Origin: Anolis carolinensis | Lineage: Eukaryota | Direction of reading: 5' to 3' | NCBI RefSeq assembly: GCF_035594765.1 | Contig: NC_085844.1 | Coordinates: 213,916,107-213,980,106 of the forward strand | DNA: 64,000 bases | Shown here: one piece after another, positions 11,598-64,000 of the stretch | Layout of the letters: each line of letters opens with the position of its first letter | Numbering within the stretch: the stretch's first letter is position 1 | The notes under the pieces: model-generated | What the model was told of the DNA's origin: nothing | Seen by the model: only the letters and a program-made list of their open reading frames with translations | Databases searched by the model: none | Position numbers and translations under genes: made by a program

Positions 11598-13052
11598 CAG
11601 GCTGTCCCTGAGTCACAAACATCCAACTTACAAATGACTCATAGTTAAGAACGGGAGTGAGACAACAGGAAGTGAGAGAAATCTATCCCCTGGAAGGGAA
11701 ATTCTCTCCTGAAAATGTGTCTCCACCGATGCTTTACCACCAATCCTTGTAATCTATCACTGCCCAAGCAGAGAGCTTTGAAATGGTTGAACAAAAGCTC
11801 TCCAAAGCTTTAGGTGCTCTTACTGCTTATTACAGGGAAAATCAGATGATTCCTAACCCATCTAAAATACAAACGTGTGCTTTTCATCTTAAGAACAGAC
11901 AAGCATCTCGGGCTTTGAGGATCACATGGAAAGGAATCCCACTGGAGGATTGCAACACACCAAAATACCTGGGAGTCACTTTGGACCATGCTCTGACTTA
12001 CAAGAAGTACTGCTTGACTATCAAGCAAAAAGTGGGTGCTAGAAATAATATCATATGAAAGCTGATTGGCACGACCTGGGGAACACAACCGGACACAGTG
12101 AAGACATTTGCACTTTGCTACTCTGCTGCTGAATACACATACCCAGTATGGAATACATCTCACCATATTAAAAAAGTAGATGTGGCTCATAATGTGACAT
12201 GCCACATCACCACGGGATGTCTACGCCCTACACCACTGGAGAAATTATACTGCTTAGCCGGTATTGCACCACCTGACATCTGTCGGGAAGTAGCAGCCTG
12301 TAATGAAAGGGCCAGGGGCATTGATATCTCTGGCCCATCCTCTGTTCAGATAACAGCCAGCAAGCCAATGCCTTAGCTTTCTAAGATCTACAGAGATACT
12401 CATAGGAACCTCAGCAAGTGGCAGGCTAAAACCCGGAACCTCAATCCATGGCTGATATCGGATGAGAAACTTTCTCCTGGGCACAGAGAAGATTGGGCGA
12501 CTTGGAAGGTGCTGAACAGACTGCGCTCTGGCATCACAAGATGCAGAGCCAATCTTAGGAAATGGGGCTACAAAGTGGAGTCCATGACATGCAAACCACA
12601 GAACACTTACTACAATACAATCTGAGTCCTTCCACAAGCACAATGGAGGACCTTCTCACAGCGACACTAGAGGCACTCCAAGTGGCCAGCTTCCAGTCAA
12701 AGGAAATCTAGTATAATGCCAAGTTTTTAACTCTGTTTGTGTGTGTGTTTTTAATATATTATAACTGTATCAATTTGTTTCTGACACAATAAAAACAGTA
12801 TTTGTTTCCAGAACAAACAATTTTTTTTCAAAATCCAATTTTTACAGGGACAGAAAGTGAGGTGAAATCTTCTAAACAGAAGCCTAGAAGGCAAAGCAAA
12901 CACCACAGGGGTGTTAATCTTTACCTATGCTATCCAAAGTTAATATATTGGTTGGAGTTAAATTTAAAATGTACCTGTTTCAACTTACATGCAAATTCAA
13001 CTTAAGAGCAAACCTACAGAACCTATCTTGTTTATAACTTGGGGACTGCCTG
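11598..13052. mobile_element. Tc1/mariner (Tigger-like) non-autonomous element interrupted by a Vingi insertion
   Basis: TA|caggctgtccc ... ggggactgcctg|TA terminal inverted repeats. Confidence 0.7.
11751..12793 (+). mobile_element. Vingi (I-clade) LINE 3' fragment, degenerate RT C-terminus
   Basis: NPSKIQTCAFHLKNR...PKYLGVTLD, CYSAAEY, WKVLNRLRSG; 3' end ctgacacaataaa. Confidence 0.82.
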
Positions 13053-13144
13053 TATTTATGTTTAAAAGCCACTGATGTGAATTTTGAGCTCTTTCTATAA
13101 GTCTTTCCCAGTCTTCAGGGCACACTATTGCATTCTAATACCTA

Positions 13145-13563
13145 CCCTGTTTCCCCTAAAATAAGACATCCCCAGAAAATAAGACCTAGTAGAGGTTTTG
13201 CTGAATTGCTAAATATAAGGCCTCCCCTGAAAGTAAGACCTAGCAAAGTTTTTGTTTGGAAGCATGCCCACCGAACAGAAAACCAGAGCATGCAGGATCA
13301 GTAAATGTACGTACCATAGAGTGTTGTACATGGAAATATTGGTAGTAACAAGAAATTCTTGATAGGATTCACAGTTTGTCTGGTTATGCTGGTTTGTGAT
13401 GACAGCTACTGTACAGTATATAATAAATGTTCAATTTTTTGTTCAACAATAAATGTGAATTCTTCTTCATAGAAAAATAAGACATCCCCTGAAAATAAGA
13501 CCTAGGGCATCTTTGGGAGCAAAAATTAATATAAGACACTGTCTTATTTTCGGGGAAACACGG
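13145..13563. mobile_element. Tc1/mariner (Tc2-like) MITE
   Basis: TA TSD; TIRs cc.tgtttcccc.aaaataagaca / tgtcttattttcggggaaacacgg; internal aaataagac repeats. Confidence 0.82.
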
Positions 13564-14213
13564 TAGTTGCTATTTTGCAACAGTAGCACTCAGTAGCTAG
13601 CTAGCTACTAGTCGTGATGGGTTTATATCTTCTCCAGCAACAGCAGCAATGCACCTCTATATATCACAAACAAGGTGGAAGGCTGCAGATGTAGTCATGT
13701 CCTGGTTGTGGACTTCGCCAAGACAATCAACTGGTGTGAATGACAAGTCTCCGGACCAAATAGGTATTTGGTTTGATCCTGCATGGTTTCTCTTATGTTC
13801 CCTGCTTACGCAAGGAAATCACGTATTTTCTTGTTCCTAAATTAAAGCTAGAATATTCCCAGACTGACAGTATAGGTTTTGGATATTTTAATTATTTATA
13901 TAAAGACAATGATATAAAGAACCTGGAAAAGATATTTGCTTAGACTATAACTCCCTGAATTTGGTCATTCCGGCTGGAGGATTCTGCAAAATGTAGGTCA
14001 GACATTGAACTTTTTCAAACTCTGGTTTTATGTCTATTAGTGTGTGAGTCACACTACATGAGTAGGGAAACATATAAATGTAGCAAACAAATAAACATGT
14101 CAACAAATGACTGTATCTATCTATCTATCTTAGTACCAAGAATCTTCTGAATGACAGAAATACAATTCCATGACTTTAAGTCCACTAAAAACTGTGGGTT
14201 GGTAAAGTAGCAT

Positions 14214-14219
14214 TTTATT
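14214..14219 (-). terminator. Candidate AATAAA polyadenylation signal of the ASAP-like gene
   Basis: An AATAAA on the minus strand about 1.9 kb past the stop; no transcript evidence. Confidence 0.25.
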
Positions 14220-16160
14220 CTAGCACACATTTAGATCAAAACAGGTAGAAGTATCTAAAATAAACCGAAAACACAATACTTGCACAAAGTCTGTGCCCCC
14301 TGATTTCCTATTATGCATCAAAAACAGTTTTCCAGCTTCACCAATACAAATCCACCTAATCTTAGATTACACCTGCCACAGGAAAAGTGTGTTTTTGTTA
14401 AAGCTCATTGGTAATTAGAGCTTTGAATCATCGAAGAGTAAAAGAGAATGAAAAACAAGACACATATTTATCTAGATAGAAAAAGACCAGACATATTTTC
14501 AGGTACATGGGGAAAAAAATTAAAAAAGAAAAACAGTAGTCTTTGAACATGCTGCTATAAGAATGGCATTGATTTAGGAGACCATTTTAATTAATAGAAG
14601 GCCCAAGAAACTTTTTTGGATGAAATAGAACAAGAAATGTGATATAAAAACAAATAGCATATAGTTATATAATTTTAGATTACAGAACATTTATCTATGG
14701 AAAAGACAGAAACATTTAAGGATTTGGCCAGTCACAGGTGATTATGAGCAACCCATTCAATGCAAAGATGACAACTGCACATAGGGTATTCCTCGTAACT
14801 CTGGGTAAATGTAAAATACTATTGGACAAAGCTTTGTTGAGGTCTTACTTCTGTTCAAGGATTATACATAACAAAATCACAGAAAGTAAAAGGGCTTTAC
14901 TAGTATAGCTAGAAACTAGTATAAAAATTGCCCTGTAGTGTCTAGGACAAAACTAAGTAGTCATACAATCCAGGTGAAAAAATGTAGAACACATTTAATG
15001 GTTGTATGTATATCAGCTGTCTATATCAGCTATACCAAAACAAATGATTATTACAGAATTACATATGCTGTAAAAAAAGAAAAAGATTCTATGGGATTTC
15101 TCCTCTCTTTATATTTGAACTCCATGTTTCACCCCAGCTTCCGGCTGCAGACACAAAAGGTGAATCCTCTTTTAGAAAATAAGTAACTTCCTAATTAGAA
15201 CTAGGATAGTGTATAAAGTAGACAGAGGTGTAGAGATAAGGGGGCGGGATTTTGCTTTAGGGATTGTAAGGGTGCTATAAATCAGATTGCTTAAGAATAC
15301 AGGAAAAGGAACTGATGAGGTGCTATATATTCCTATGTATATTGTATGTTCTCACTTGTTTCTGCCACTAGGAACTACAGGATCAACAAGTACTATCTTA
15401 TCATGTACCTTGTTTCATTCCTTCTCTTCCTCTGGCCTAGAATAGGATGGATGGATGTTGGTGATCTATGTTTACAGAGGGCAGGTCAAAATCACAGCCA
15501 TCTAGTTCCTTTTGTTCTCATGGTTCTAAGTGAAAATGTTGCACTGCTTGTATACAGGGCACCTTAACCCATCTTCCTGTGCAGTGAAAGGAGTAACGTC
15601 ATGACAAAAGGGCCCCGGCTTCCCATACAGGATTAAATTACTCCAGGTCATAAGTGTCCAGTTATATGTGTGTGACTGTGAAGCAACGCCATGCTACCTT
15701 GAGTGTGCATAAAAACAGCCACATAAAATAATCCAGTGGAGGGGGTATTTCGACATGGATCATTGATCAACAGCTCGATCAAACCTGGATTAGAAACACC
15801 CCAATTATGTGTTAGGTTCTGTTGATGTATATGTAATATTTATATGCTCATCATGGCAAGAGAAGCTGTAGGTGAAGAACATCAGTGAATTCATCAAGAC
15901 AGTATCCAATACATGTTAGGTACAATCCTCTTCTATTCAAATCAGTGGACATTTGGCCAGTGATTTGAATGGGCAGTAGACTGCACCTTGCAACAACATT
16001 TCAGCATCAATGAACCCAGTTCCTGGCCCAGTACATCATCCTACAGGCTGTAAATTGAAGAACCCTGCGAGTGAAGGATTAATTGGAGAAGTCTCATGCC
16101 TGCTCTCTTCAACAGGAAGACCTCTTAAATTCTATGCATGCTTTTTGTCTTCTCCGCCTT

Positions 16161-61877
<45,717 letters not shown>

Positions 61878-63009
61878 CCTGCCAGCTGAAGTTTAGGTGC
61901 AGAAACAAAATGCCAGCCTAGTGAGCAAAGCTGCAGAGTCAGAATGTCAGGCCACAAAAAAGAGGAACAGGAATGGATTGAGAGGAAGCAGCTAAGAGTG
62001 GCCAGGGAGGCCTCAAAGAGCTGAAAGGCTGAGCATTAGCTAACCTGGAACTGGCCTTTTCATATCTCTCCCTGAGAAACGCAAAGCCCTCCTCTCTTCC
62101 TCCGGCTTTCCTTCCAAAATACGCACTTGTGAATGCTTTCAACTTCATAGAGAATGAGCTACTTCAACACAGTCTGCTTATTGATGGGAATGTATACCTT
62201 TAACCCCCAAGTACATGTGTTGTGTGAGTTGTAGAGTATTTCCTGTTCCCAATGTATAGTATCTCAATGTACTGAGCGCGCTGAATAGTTCTGTTTAGGG
62301 TTTATTTTATGTCTATTGCATTTCAATGTCTCTATATCTCAGTTTTACTTCATTACATCCTCTGCTTCCTCCCCCATCCCACCCCAAAAGGTGGGATGCC
62401 ATTCAGACAACCAATGCCGGAGGTGGGTCGGGGTTGGAATTGGCCCATGTGGACATTAGTACTAAATCAGAGTTGTTTCTCACTAACTTAAACAACAGAA
62501 ACAAGACTTCTCCAGGCAGAATTAATTCAAAATAACCTTGCAGAAAAGATACCCAAGGGCTGGAGCAACTCTCCTATGAAGAAAGATTATTGGTTTAGAA
62601 ACTCCACTGCTGACATGGAGTATCCATCCCGACAGAACTAATAGAACACTTGAGCACCATATGAATTTCACAGTGCTGTTAAAAAAACAACCAAAACCTA
62701 TCTTTTACATTATTCTAGTCTATGTTCTTTTATTATTATTTTTGCTATGAATGCCATAACAAATTTCTCCCTGAAGCTCAACATATGCAACATGGTGAAA
62801 CCTTTCTGCTGTAATCCTACCATGAAATTTCCTATTAGATAGTAGTTGCAGAAAGGAGTACCCTCAAGAAAATATTTAAAGTTACAGTGGCAAAAAAAAA
62901 ATACTGTTATCTGGTAATTTGTGTTTTTAGCACATGCTGTATTTATAAGCCTCCATCTTGGAAACATCCGGTGTATATGCTTTTCTATGAGTGCCTTATC
63001 ACATTTTTG

Positions 63010-63551
63010 TGCACCACCTGACATCTGTCGGGAAGTAGCAGCCTGTAATGAAAGGACCTAGGCATTGACATCTCCGGCCCATCCTCTGTTCGGATATCAG
63101 CCAGATGCCAATGACTTAAATCTAGAAACAGCTTCCTAAGATCTACAGAAATGCTCTCAGGAACACCTCAGTAAGTGAGAGTCCAAAAGTGGCAATCTAA
63201 AAACCAGAATTTCAATCCATGGCTGATACCAGATGAGAAACTCCCTCCTGGGCACACAGGAGACTGGGTGACTTGGAAGGCGCTGAACAGACTGCAGTCT
63301 GGCACCATGAGATGCAGAGTAAATAATAGGAAATGGGGCTACAAAGTGGAGTCCATGACATGCGAGTGTGGAGAAGAGCAAACCACAGACCACCTACTAC
63401 AATGCAACTTGAGCCCTGAAAAATGCACAATCTTCTCACAGCGACACCAGAGGCACTCCAAGTGGCCAGCTTCTGGTCAAAGGACATTTAGTATAATTTT
63501 TTCACTCTGTTTGTGTTTTCAGTTCATTTTATCAATTCACTTCTGATGCGA

Positions 63552-63582
<31 letters not shown>

Positions 63583-63583
63583 A
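63010..63583 (+). mobile_element. Vingi LINE 3' fragment with (TAAA)n tail
   Basis: WKALNRLQSG...CECGEEQTTDHLLQC; homologous to 12265-12790. Confidence 0.85.
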
Positions 63584-63740
63584 TCAACCACATTTTTAAA
63601 CTATTCTGGAAGTAAACAACATTATGTTGGACCTGAAGTTTTCAAATACCAAAGTAAATTTTTTTAAAAAGTTTTGATGACCCCCAATTTTGCAAGCCTG
63701 TGTTTTGAGTAAACTTTCCTGGATTTTACCTTGCTTAATA

Positions 63741-64000
63741 GGTAAAGGTAAAGGTTTTCCCCTGACATTAAGTCCAGTTGTGTCTGACTCTGGGGGTTGG
63801 TGTGCATCTCCATTTCTAAGCCGAAGAGCCGTCCGTAGACACCTCCAAGATCATGTGGCCGGCATGACTGCATGGAGTGCCGTTACCTTCCTGCCGGAGC
63901 GGTACCTGTTGATCTACTCACATTTGCATGTTTTTGAACTGCTAGGTTGGCAGGAGCTGGAGCTAACAGCGGGAGCTCACTCCGCTCCCCGGATTCAAAC
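63741..64000 (-). mobile_element. Sauria SINE (runs off the right edge)
   Basis: ggtaaaggtaaagg tail; catctccatttctaagccgaagagcc; gaactgctaggttggcag. Confidence 0.88.

Overview
This is vertebrate genomic DNA from a squamate, most likely an Anolis lizard; that assignment is inferred from the Sauria SINE, Anolis SINE2, Vingi, Penelope, L2, CR1 and hAT repeats. Two spliced genes lie on the minus strand. (1) An apparently complete ASAP-family ArfGAP of 28 exons (about 973 aa, BAR-PH-ArfGAP-ANK-proline-rich-SH3; 61877->16161). Its exon sizes and phases follow ASAP1/ASAP2, but its sequence is too divergent for a normal ASAP1/2 orthologue, and unlike mammalian ASAP3 it keeps an SH3 domain. (2) Downstream of it, the first four coding exons of an ST3GAL1/2-type alpha-2,3-sialyltransferase (5725->375, continuing off the left edge), a candidate ST3Gal VIII. 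The pair may be a whole-genome-duplication counterpart of the ASAP1-ST3GAL1 block that mammals lost (inference). Notable intronic elements are Penelope inverted-repeat cassettes carrying minimal hammerhead ribozymes, an RTE-X-like LINE fragment flanked by a 154-bp direct repeat, a sense-oriented solo LTR just upstream of the proline-rich/SH3 exons, a near-full-length L2, a composite hAT nested in a Helitron-like element, and many hairpin MITEs. Exon boundaries were read by eye from GT/AG signals and recalled protein homology; no database searches were run.
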